A stretch of 64,000 nt of DNA, taken from assembly GCF_009914755.1 (NCBI RefSeq), contig NC_060932.1. One strand, written 5' to 3'. Both the position numbers and the translations under genes were made by a program. The notes beneath the pieces are model-generated. The model was given only the letters and a program-made list of their open reading frames with translations, was not told the origin of the DNA and made no database searches. The DNA is from the human T2T-CHM13v2.0 reference genome, Homo sapiens. This document shows positions 14,150 through 27,837 of the stretch, one piece after another (the first letter of the stretch is position 1; every line of letters starts with the position of its first letter).

Positions 14150-16299
14150 ATAGCAGCAAAGCCAGATGATGATAGCAGGATGCAGAACCCCAATTTTTTT
14201 TAATATTATGTAATGTAGAAAAGGAGTGTGCACACCTGTTTGCTTCCTTCCCATTGAACAACATTAGGTTGAAAGCCAACAGTAGAAAAACAGGTGCTTG
14301 TTATGTTTGAGTGTGGAGCCCCAAAAATGGAAAAAGAAGAAAAAGAAAAAGCACCGGGTTTTAGGGAAGGCTTCTTTAGGCATAATGTAAAGTTAATTTA
14401 TCATTTTGGCCCTGTTCCACTAAAGACACAGAATTTGCAGCAATACTACCTCCCCATGGCCTATTTCTCTGAACTAAAATGTACATTTTCTTTAGAGAAG
14501 CAAGAACTATTATGACCAGCTAGTCCTGGTTTTGGGTGGCGGGGGTGGCAAGAAAAAAAAGGAAATCGTTTTCTTTAAGTAAAGCACTTAAAATTATATG
14601 TTTTTTTGAAACTGGTTTTATTCCTGTTCAGATTGGTCATGAGTGAAATGACGTAGAGTACTTTAAAAAGTTAGATTTTCATGTGTTATTTGGTTACCAT
14701 AGAATTTGTACTGGAAACCTAACAGCAGATATACATTTAATAACACAATGTATTACAGGGAGACATGTTTTGCTACTCTGATCGTGAACTTGGGAACAAG
14801 GAACTCCTGGGAGTTGTGGGAAAATATATGGACTGAAATTAGCCAAGTGTTATGGAGCAAGATTCATATGCTCAAACCTACTTTTACTGCTTCGTTGCTT
14901 TCCGTGCAGCAATTTCTGGCCTCAGTGAGGAAAATGTTGTGTTTGTGGAAACATAAACTGGCTATTTATGTCCACAACCATCACACAAACACAGAACTGC
15001 AGTGATTTGGCTAAATGGTATATAGCAACGTGCAGTCTGGGGTTTTAGAGAGGCGTGTTTCAAGCTGCATGGGCGACATTCTAAGGAATATTAGGCTTTT
15101 TACCTGCAAAGCCACTGTTCAAAGAGGCCTGGCTCAAACCCGAAACACTTGGAAGATTGTGTCTAAATCCTAGAACCCACTTTTTGCTACACTTTTAGGG
15201 AGGCTCCTTGCCTCAAAGTACTGAAAGTTTAGATTGTTTAAAACATTTGTCAGAAATCATTTCCTGGAGTGAAGATGCTTCTATAACTCATAGGCACATC
15301 ACTGCCTTCATCATCTCTGTAAAAAACATATCATTTCAAGCCAACTATGGTATTGTCCATCTTAATGGGATCCTTTATATCAACAGACACGTAGTCTAGT
15401 GAGATTAGGAAAGCACAGTGACAGCTTTACCTGTAACAGACGTTTTAGTGTTACCGGTGAGTATTGCATATTGAGAATGGGCCTCAGTTCCTCTGTTAAC
15501 ATGATGAGTGTTTCCTAGATTGCGTGAAGAGTAATGAGAAAATGTGTGATAAGCAGTTTGAATGCCTTTGAAAGAGGTGTAGTACAAGGTGTGAAATACA
15601 AAGGAACTCCAGCAGTTAGCTCTTCTCAAATTTTCATGTATATAAATATAAAGTAGTGTCATTTCCTGAATATGATCCCTATTCTTTTTCCATCATTTTC
15701 TTGCAAACACTGTTATCCTCAAACCCTCTTCTACTCTCACCTCCTTCACTAGTCTCATCTCCATGTTTTCCCGTTCCAAAGGCTGCAGGAGAGACCATTA
15801 GTTTCATTAATTATGGCCCTACTCAAAAGCCTAACTCTCTTCATGGCCTACATATTAAACATTAATTCCAACCAGATTATCAATGGCTTCTCTGGTATGG
15901 TTGCATTATTATTTTATAGCTTCATTAACTTCACCTCCTTATTTATAATCCATGTCCTAGTCAAATTGAACTGCTGCCTCTCACCACCAAACATGACATT
16001 TACTTTCTTACCTCCGCATTTATTTGTTTTTTCCCTTTAGTGGAATGCCATCTTCTCCCACAACCATAGGCCAAATTCACCTTCTTAATATATGACTCTT
16101 TTAATATAGTTCCCATTCTCACATTTATTGTTAAATTCATGCCTGACTGACCTAACTGATTGATATTTTCTGTTGCTGCTGTGAATATGATCACATTATT
16201 TCACTGGGTTTTCTTGATGGTTACTACTGGTATCCAACCATATCATCTCCAGATCGTGATTATTTTATCTTCTCATCTTCTAAAGCTGTATCATAATTT

Positions 16300-17450
16300 T
16301 TTTATTCCTGCCTTACTGCATTGATTAGAACTCTTAAGAGCAATGCTGAATAGTAGCACTGATAGTCAATATCCTTTACTTGTGTTTGACAGTCATGGAA
16401 ATCTCCCCTAGAGTTTCACTGTTAAGGATCATTTAGATTATTAGCTAAAAGCAGATATTCTTAGTGATACAGAATATCATTCTAGTTTTACAATATAAAG
16501 ACATGTTTTGAAAAACCTAAAATCATTATATTTTTGCATTTTTAAATTTTAAATATAAATATAAGCATATATTTAAACAAGTACATATATAATATCCATT
16601 TAAACATGCATATTAAAAACCTGAAAATACAAGGGATTGTGTAATGAATCTCCATGTAGCCATCACCCACTTCAGCCGTTATCAGTTTTGTTTCATCTTC
16701 ATCCCAGTCATTTCCCTTCTCTCTTACTATTTTATAGCAAATCCCAGACATCTTATCATTTAATGTATAAATATTTCAGTATGTATCTCTAAAAGATAAG
16801 GACTCTTCTATTTTTAAATATATCCATAACATGTTTGACACACATAAAAATTAATGATAACCCCTTAATATTATTATTCATTATCTAATCCATGATCAGA
16901 TTTCCTACATTTGTAACTGTTTGAATCAGGATCTGAATAAAATTCACAACCATTTTGATTGGTTGCTATATTTCCTAATGCTATTTTAAGTGTTGATATT
17001 CGAATTTTTCTCCTTTTTTCACTCTTTGTTTGATTCTAGCCCTAGCTCCCTTTGTCTCTTTTTTCTACGTTTAACTTTTTTTTAAAGAAACCAGGTTGTT
17101 TGTCCTGTAAAGTTCTCTGGGTTTTATTGCATCCCCTCTTGATGCCACTTAATTTAGTCCCTGTTGGTTACATGTATGTGGATGTTTGATTAAATTCAGG
17201 TTTGATTTTTAAAGATAATACTGAATAGTTTTACAAAAATTGACTTTCTAATTTCATCAAAGGTTGATTCGGTATCCATTGAAATGACCATATGACTTTT
17301 ATTTGTTGATGTGCCATGATGTTTTTTTTTAAATTTGTTGAATAAGATAATGAATTTACCTTATGATTTCTCTCTTTTGACCTTTCAGCTACTTTCATTT
17401 CTAAGTGGGCTTTAGTTGGTGAATAAATTAACATGTCATTAAATGTCACA
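16300..17450. mobile_element. Old L1M-type fragments (an L2 relic lies just upstream, about 15700-16230)
   Basis: ctgaatagtagc...gatagtcaatatcctttacttgtg...; agcaaatcccagacatc...aaatatttcagtatgtatctctaaaagataaggactc are typical L1ME/L1MC 3' sequences; boundaries approximate. Confidence 0.6.
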
Positions 17451-19308
17451 TGGTAATTTCAGTAGCTTGTTGAATAACTGAATCCTTGATTCTTGTTGGA
17501 TGTTCAGTCCTCTTTGTTTTGATTTGTTTTGCTTGGTACGAAAGATTTGACTAGTTTGGAAAGTGACAGGTTAACATTTTCTACATTGACTTGACCTTCT
17601 TCCACCCAAAATGATCCTGGTAGAAAATGCAGAGTATAGTAAAGAATGTGTGCCTTCCACATTTAGCCTGGTGAGGTCTATAAATATATCAAATTAAGCC
17701 AGTCAGATGGCCTGCTGATATTTGCTTTGCAGGCTAGACGGATTGTACTCCTTTAGAATCTAAGTATTGATGGAAAAAGATTCAAGGGACAGCTTGAAAG
17801 TTTGTGGACTCCGGCTATGGAAATTTTATACTCATATAAAACTGTCAGTGATTAGTAGAAAATATGTAGCAGAACTGTGTTTCTGGAATTGGCTTCTCAG
17901 CTAAGAAAAGATTATTGGCTTTGTGAAGAAGAAAATGTAGCTTTCTTGTAACTCCATTTAGTCAATTATCCACTATGGGAAGATACTTTTCTTCTTCTTT
18001 GGAAAAGCTATGACATCCTCCATGGTATTCGTATCATTGAGATGTTTCTCCTGAGAAATAGTAGACTTAGGATGATTAGACTGTGCCATGAGTAAAATGC
18101 ACTGTCTGAAAAAAACAGAAAAAAAACAGCAACTTGTAGGTTTGAAAAATAACCTTTCCTGGCAATCTTATTATTCTAAGGATAACACTGTCTAATGACA
18201 CCAAATCATTTGCTCAGCCACTGCTGGGAACTTAGAATCTGCTTTCTGTTTAGCTACAAATGAGATCAGTGTTACAACAAAAATTATAATTTTGTTTTAT
18301 CAGGAGAAACACCCAAAGGTCACTTTTCATTCTGCTGAATAGGAAGAAATGATATCAGGGTCTGCCCAGAAAGCTTGTAAGGGAGAAAGGAATCTTACCC
18401 ACTTAGGAAGCATTTTCTAATTCACTTATGTGACCTTGGGCAGCCTTCCCCTGTGCACTTTTGTGAATTCTTAGCTAGAGGTATTTTATTAAAGACTGCA
18501 GAACTATTCTTTTGAGATGATCTGTATCCTCCTTTAAAATATAGGATAAACTATAAAATGTGCTAAGATCCTTGATAGTCCTATCATTCTATATATGTTT
18601 GAACAATGCCAAAGCCCAAGTTCATCAGTTAAACCAGTTAATCTCCATTGGCCCTTGGTGTCAACTTGTTCTTTGGACAAAGTGTCACCTTGTAGGAAGT
18701 CTACAAACCTCTAAGTGCTCCCAGCGTATTAGCTAAGTCCTGAGCTCCATGGAGTTGGATGCCCTAATTCTGCTTTAGAAAGTCCTGGTTCCATTAACCG
18801 TCTCCTGAGAATTCTCCTGGCTTCCCTTTTTGTTTCTTGAGCAGAGTTCAGTCAAGGAGAGGTCAAGAGAGATGATACATTACTTCCAGTCACTGTGTTG
18901 GCTCTGGGAACCTCCAACTCTATGCAGGTTCTTTGATCTCCTCTGGCCACTTTCTTTCTTTTTCAAGTACATATTTGCTATTCAGCAAAGGATTGAATGA
19001 CTTCTCAGGAAAAAATGCCAACCCAGAATGACAAGGCTTCCGTGGTTCTGAGCCTGGCTCTGAACCTTTCCTTTGGAAAACTAATGACTCCACCTATCAT
19101 TCCCTTGGCATCTAGAGAAGCTACATTAGGTGGCACAGCTCTTTCTGCTCAGCTTCTGCTCCAGAGCTTCATCTTCAGGAACCACCTAAGCATTTTTTTC
19201 CCCAGTAGGAGTTCAGTCTGCTCATTATACCTAATTGCAAAGGAGCTATATTCAGAGCAAGAATAATAATTTCAGATTTTTTAACTGGACTTCAAAGAGC
19301 AGGAAAGT

Positions 19309-19348
19309 ATGCAGATTCCTAAACACATAAGCATTGAAGATATTACAG
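19309..19348 (+). CDS. NRG1: Coding part of an alternative internal first exon, MQIPKHISIEDIT(A); splices in frame to the EGF exon (Ig-less, CRD-less N-terminus)
   Basis: agtATGc with A at -3; in-frame TAA upstream at 19282-19284; strong donor CAG|gtaagg at 19349. The phase-1 end (G) completes GCT with the CT that starts the EGF exon. The peptide matches my recollection of an annotated NRG1 isoform N-terminus (ndf43c-type / myeloid class VII). Confidence 0.85.
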
Positions 19349-20706
19349 GTAAGGTTAAAAAAAATCTGTAATTTTGTAGTGACTAGCAGTTTAATATTCA
19401 AACATTTAAAATGTGCATATTTTATTAAGCAAATGGCGTAGAGTTATTTGGTTTAATTTTCTGTAAGTAACTCCTAAAGAATTGTCCTAAAAGCTGTGGG
19501 TGAGGACTAATTCATTCAAGGGAAACAGGATCTAATGATTGCTTTGTGAGGTATATATACACTGTATACTCATGCTAATTCCTGCTAATTGTCAAAGAAG
19601 AATAGTGGCTTTTTATCAGCAGTTTGCATTTGTGTAATGGTCCTGGTCTACTGGTTTTGTCTACTTCACTGATAAGGAAAACACCACTTAAAACAAGCAA
19701 GAAAAGCAAGCCATCCTTTACAGTATTATTTTCTTTTTAGCCTGTCTTGAGAAGAAAAAAACCTAGCCTTCTACAGGAAATACTGTTTGATTCCATGGGA
19801 AAATATTTAGTAACAAGCAGAGAACACTTGATTATTTCTCAGCTATTTATTCTGAGTATTTACAAAATGGGCAATAGTATTATTTCCAAAATCTTAAGTT
19901 GTAAACGAAGTTTATATTACAGTCTACATGCTATGGATATGACACTATTTTAAAATATTTTATACTTTAAAAAATTGTTATAACACATAATACATAATAT
20001 TGTAAGTAAGTTTAATTCTTGTAATTTGGAAATTCAGTCAGAAATATTAAAGAATTATGTAGATCTTGAAAGGGTAAAATAATCCTGCATTTATGATATT
20101 AATTTCTCTTAAATTGTTCAATTTTATTTTATAAGGAAATTAAGTGGTTATACATTTTTGACAAGTAGTTTTGATAAAGTTAAACACAGATTATTGATAT
20201 TTACTTAATGCTTTATAATCACTCAATGATTGTCACTCCAAATTAGGCCATCTTTTTTCACATTTTGCAGAAGAATAATTTCCTAAGAAACAACTATTGA
20301 GGCTTGGTTATATATGTAACATTTCAGTCTGGGCAGAATTTCTTTTTTTACTTTTGTTTGCTCAATATTTATGTCATTAGTAATAGTAACAGTATCATAT
20401 ATTTGTGTGCAGTGTTGCAACTGACAAAGTGTTTTAATAAACTTGGCAACAACCCTTTGGTATCTCATTTTTGCAGCTGAATTTTCTAAGACAGGTAGAT
20501 AGAGAGAAGTCCCACAGCTAATAATTGGAAAATTGTGCCTTGGACCTGATTCTTCCCAGCCAACTTCAGTGTTCATTTCAGTACATTTTATCTATGAAGG
20601 GTTTCTTCTAGGGAGAATTGGTCATGGTCTTACAATTTTTAACCCCAGTGATTTTGGTTGTTATCATTATGTCTTGCACATAATAAACAGTCACTAAAGA
20701 ATTGTG

Positions 20707-21187
<481 letters not shown>

Positions 21188-21337
21188 CTAAATGATAATA
21201 GTAGTCCCCCAGTTCTCAGCTATTTCAGAGAACTGTCCAGCTTCCCCAGCAATGATCATTTGTCCTGACCTTTTTTGCCAAGGCAAACCAGGTCTAGAGT
21301 AAAATACTACAAAATACATTCTCTGGTATTAAAAAGG

Positions 21338-21376
21338 AATGGCCAAAACCGTAATTACTTTTGCACCAACCTAATA
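21338..21376. mobile_element. Solo Hsmar1/MADE1 mariner terminal inverted repeat
   Basis: aatggccaaaaccgtaattacttttgcaccaacctaa-TA matches one arm of MADE1 with its TA target. Confidence 0.88.
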
Positions 21377-22767
21377 GTAAGTTTCTGCTTTACCTTATAC
21401 TTTCTTCCTTATAATACTGTAGTTGTTGACATACCAAGGAAAGTGTGTTTAGGATAAAGTGGTCACATAAATGGCAAACATCAAAGTAATGTCAGATTTT
21501 GTAGTGTTTATAATTGCTGTTCATTTTGTAGTCACTAGAAGACAACTTACAAATTGTGAAAAACTAGTCATAAATCAGAGGGAGACAAGGTTTAGTGAGA
21601 TCCAGTTCACCTCCTTCCTGGAACAACTATTGGGGGGTATCATCTTTTATATATTGAAACATATTTTATCTTCCAAATCTTTAGTTTACCTTTAATACAA
21701 CTCCTCCCAGCCCCCCCAGAAAGAATGCTGTTTGCTCTGATTGGCATAGGACCGGCTTTGTCGGTTTCATTACATCCTGGTTGAATTACCAAATGGAAAC
21801 TGATTTAGGAATACTGAGTGTGTACGGCACAGAGAAAAAATATCACTGCGAAATTTATAGGCCTGTGTAAGACTGTCAGGGCCCTGTGTTCAAATAAAGA
21901 GAGCAAAAGGAAACCTGGCGAAAATCACCATCTCCATCCCGGCTTCTTCCGACAATTACAACTTATTCCTGTGCTTGGCTGCTGGTTTGGAGCAGCTGCA
22001 TCCACTCAGGTAACACTTCGCATCACCTGGGAGCTCATTGTTGCCTTACAATTCGTGATCATTTTTTGATCTCACTACTGCTAAAGGATAAAAGTGCTAA
22101 GCATAATAATCCATAACTGTATGAGATACTTGCTACTTCATTTCCCTCCAAGAATCATTTTGCTATGAAATATCCCATTACTAGTTTCAGGTAATGATCT
22201 AAGAATTTTTTAAATGACTATGTCAGAGCTAGGGGCTTCAGGATAGCATTACAAGGATAATCATTTCAGAGAGTTATATTTTTAAGGCCTTTTAAAAAGA
22301 GGGTTGTTTCTAGTTTTTAACATATTTGTTAATCTTATTTTGATGATCTCATAAAATCAGAGTCTAAGGAAGAGATGTGTCTATGTGTTGCTTATGTCAC
22401 TGCTTTTTTTTATTGTTTACATTTTATAAGGAGTGTCTACATTTGGGGGGGAGGTGGAATGTTGGTTTTGTTGTTTTTAGCAAAAGCCTTGGCATTTGTC
22501 CTGAGAGAGCTCATGCAGTGTTTGCTGTTCAGGTTGCATGAAGGGCAATCTTTAGCAACCTGTCAGAGATGCAAAGGCCACTAGGGTCTGCTTGAGGTTC
22601 AGAGTTCCTCTGCAGGACTGCGTGGTGACAGCACACCACAGGTGGCCCATTCAGCACTGTCATCTGGGACAGCAAGGATACCCTGCTCCATTTGTCATCC
22701 TATGGAATTCTGTCAGCAGTTGAAAGCCTTTCAGCACAAAACCTTTAACATTCGAGGCAAACTTCCT

Positions 22768-23084
<317 letters not shown>

Positions 23085-25259
23085 CATTTCCTGATATTTT
23101 TAAAGGCAATTGCCGTGGATGAAAATATTAATACATAGCACCTAAATAAGTAGTTTTTTACATGAAAGGATATTATGTTAAGATTATATGCTGTGTGATA
23201 TATAGAAATGTTGTATACTCCATGATTTTACAGACCAAACAATGCAAATCATGTTTCCCCTCTTCTTAATGAAGATGTTAAAGTATAACTGATAATTGAT
23301 GGTAAAAATCACCTGTCTACTCATTCTTTCTTATTCCTTTTGTTTAGTTTGTTTGCTTTGTAAGCCTGGAAAAGATGCCTTGAAATGTATTTTGAAAATA
23401 GCTTTTTGTTGGAGTAATAAAAAATTAGTCCAATTCTTATTTATCCATAGTAATGATTCCAGAATAACATGCACATCCTTAGGAATAAAGTTCTCCTTTA
23501 AAAAAATAAATAAATAGCATACATCTTTGAAGTCCCCAGATTTCCATTGTCAAGATTTTTCTCTCTTATACATACCCAAATTAAGAGCCTTCCCTGCTTG
23601 CCCATTAATATTTGCTATTATTCATTGAATGCCAATTTTTTTTTGCCAATTCCTTTATCTAGATTATTTATAACCTCTACAGAATTCTGTAAGAGTGCCA
23701 TTACCCCTCTTTTCTTAATGGGAATATTGAGCATCTGAGTGGTTAAATGACTTATTCAAAGCCAGTAGGAGACAAGACTTGAACCACATCTGTCTCCAAA
23801 TCCAAGTTGTTTTGAGTGTCTTTTGCTGTTATTCGAAAAAGCCATGCTGAGATCAATGAAGGGGGTCCAAAAACATGCCTTAGACAGGATAATAAGAGGT
23901 AAGCAAGGCCATGAGTAATTCAGAAATGGAATAATCAGATATTGAGTATTCCAGTCAGATAGAATAAAAATCAAGCAGGGGAGAAGACAAAATTAGGTTA
24001 TGTGTCACAACAAAATGTAGACTTTCGAAGGAAATGAACAGGAAAGGCAGAAGAAAATGGAAAAGTAATACATGGCAGGTCAAATAAAAGTAAACAAGGT
24101 CATATGAAACTCACATGCAAATAATAAAGTAGAAACTAGTAAGGAAGACAGAAAGGAATTAAAAAGGAATTAAAAATTCATAAGAATGTTATCAGTAGAC
24201 AAGACAAAAAATTGCCTCTAAAGATGGATTTTTTTTTTTTTCCTAAAAGAGTATATAGAATCTGTACTGGCTTGATATACTGGTTTTGCTTTTCATCCTG
24301 AAAATATCATTGATAAACATTGTGTATATTAGACTATTTTTGGTTGGGACTGAGTATTGCCCATGGTGTTCCCAATGATATGAGAAGAAACATCCTGGTA
24401 CTAAATGCCCTGGTGGCCTGGGGCTGAGAGCTTTGGCTTTGTATAATTCATGCACCCACTTTCATGTAACATGAAGTTTGACAAGTGAATATTAAGTTCA
24501 TTATATGAAGGTGTTGCAAACCAAACTTGAAACTTATTTCTACCTCTCATTCTAAATGGAGATATTTTGTAGTGCTTTAGTCTACATTTACAGTGATATT
24601 AGACTCTTTCCATTTCCTTAAAAGTATGATGGCGTTTGGACATTCAACCGTGTTCCTCTAAGAAATTAGAGTAGAAAAGAAATTTAGAAGAGAATGGCTT
24701 CTAATCTGCATGTTGATATGTATCTGACTAATAATCTATAATGTTTTCATTTGGAACAAATAAGCCAACTTGTGTTTCTTTTTCAATATATACATCATGT
24801 CTAAAAAATGTAAAGTCAATAGGCATGTAAAACATTTCAAAAATAAATAATTTTATCAATTGATTGCCATTAAAAATAGATGTCTAAATTGAGCTGCACT
24901 GACATGACTTTATACCATTACCTTGAACCTTCCTGAGAAATGTATTTTGCTTAATGACAATAGAGCTTCTCTTTTCCAACTACCTGGAAGATAAAATATT
25001 GGTTAAAAAATGTTGAGCCTCTTTTCCTATTTAGTTATAGTAAAATTAGTTAACTCTATAATTCTCTCTTTTATAATTTGATTCTATGTAGTGAGACCAC
25101 AAACAGCTTAACTTCTCTGCTATTGTTTGTAAGGTCTGCAAGTTTAGTGAAATCTGTACCTTATATGAACTCTTCCTTTTAGGATAATTTAAGATTAAAG
25201 GCTGCTTAGAAGGGGAAAAAAAAGTCAATGTTAACCTTTCTCCTTTCTCTCCTCTTCAG

Positions 25260-25389
25260 CTACATCTACATCCACCACTGGGACAAGCCATCTTGTAAAA
25301 TGTGCGGAGAAGGAGAAAACTTTCTGTGTGAATGGAGGGGAGTGCTTCATGGTGAAAGACCTTTCAAACCCCTCGAGATACTTGTGCAA
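25260..25389 (+). CDS. NRG1: Common EGF-like domain exon (130 nt)
   Basis: Polypyrimidine tract tttctcctttctctcctcttcag|C; encodes TSTSTTGTSHLVKCAEKEKTFCVNGGECFMVKDLSNPSRYLC(K); donor AA|gtaaga. Read-through gives AAG TAA (gamma-type truncated isoform). Confidence 0.98.
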
Positions 25390-26093
25390 GTAAGAAAAGA
25401 AATCCTGTGTGTCGCTTATGTCTATAACTCCTTGTTTCAGATGATTCTATGTCTCATGATGTATTGTTGCTTTTTTTCCAATTTTGTTGCATCATGTTGA
25501 ATAATGCTGTTTTATATGTAGAGTGTTTTAAAACATTCACACCATTCGTCATCACTCCTCTGTCATATGCAGAATTGTTTTTTGCTCTTTTCAATGTGTG
25601 TGAGGTGTTTTTTGTTTTTGTTTTTGTTTTTTGCCATGTTATTTATAGTGTTGCTTTCCTTGTGGTTTTTCTTGTTGTTATTCAGAAAAGATGTGCAGAT
25701 ATCACAGAGGCCTATAACTTTTGGTATCTACTTCTACATCCAATGTATGAATTAAGCTGTAAGATAATGTTGCTTTCTTATCCCAGTGATCACCTGCCAA
25801 ATGAATAAGACAACAAAGAGAAGCAGAAGGGCAGAAGATTATTTACTGACATATATCTATTACACTTGGGATTGTCTCACTGTTGCATAACTATTTTTTA
25901 AACGGAGTTTAGTTTTATATTGCTAGTAAAAAAAGAGAAAAAAGTAAATTGCATATATTTGGAAATACATTGTATGTAGCATCCCTGTGGGTGACAGCAG
26001 TGTTCTTTCATTTGTCTATAGATATATCTAGAATAGCACTGTCTTTCCAATGACCTGAAGGAGTTGATGCACCATTAAGAAGTATCCAATTTA

Positions 26094-26465
<372 letters not shown>

Positions 26466-27396
26466 TTAAATATTTAAACCTTGTAGTAAAAACTAATAGG
26501 ACTCATTAAAAAGTATGTTTATTTTGCCATGCATTTTAAGTTTACTGTTGATATTTAGTCTACATATGGTATATGGACTTAAAATTTGATGTGGGCATAA
26601 AAATATATTTAATATTTTATTGAAATGATGAAAATACACCTTTGTTTTCCTCTTTACCAACAGCTATATCCCAAAAGCAAGGTATTTTAAAAGTCGTTCC
26701 TTAAAAAATGTAATGTAGAACATCTAATAAATTTTGCCAGCAGTCCCCAGCGAAAACATGCAGTGGGGACATTATTCTAAAGCAGCAATGCTTGTTCTAA
26801 AGGAGGGAAAACCATTTTGTCACAAAAACTGTTTTCTGCTAGAATATTGGCGTGTGACTTAAATCTTGACAAGGAAGAACAAGTCTGTTAGAGAGGCAAT
26901 TGAACTGATAGGAGCAATTAGCAAAATGAAAAAGGCACCAGAAATAGTCAACAAAGCCATGTCCCTTTTACATCACAGAAATACTATATAAATATTTAGG
27001 TGCCAATTCTAATAAAATCTTAATTATATTTATAAGTAAGGAAGTGCATCTTAAAAAACATATGTTTTAAAGACAAAAAAAGCAACGATCGAAAATGCCA
27101 TTTTGTAGGCCATGTTTTGCTGCTCTCTGAGCTGTGGTAGATTGGGCGTGTCTGTAGCGTGCCTGATGGGACCTCATGGCTCTGAACAAGCACCTTCCAG
27201 AACTTCTCCTTTGTTGCACTCTAAAGCTCTTCTTTGAAAAAAGTAGATACAGTGCCAAGACAAGTGTTGGTGGTTGTATAGCTGATTTTATCAAAGACAG
27301 ACAATTTGTAAAAGTAAATGTAATCTGTTAGAGTGAATAAAAGACTTAGAGCCAGAACAGTAAAATTCTAATCTCAATTACTAAACATCTCTTTCA

Positions 27397-27837
<441 letters not shown>

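Noticed and set aside
25228-25808. ORFs 25228-25500 and 25449-25808 overlapping or following the EGF exon
   Set aside because: The first is an alternative frame over the real exon; the second is T-rich low-complexity sequence giving a spurious hydrophobic ORF.
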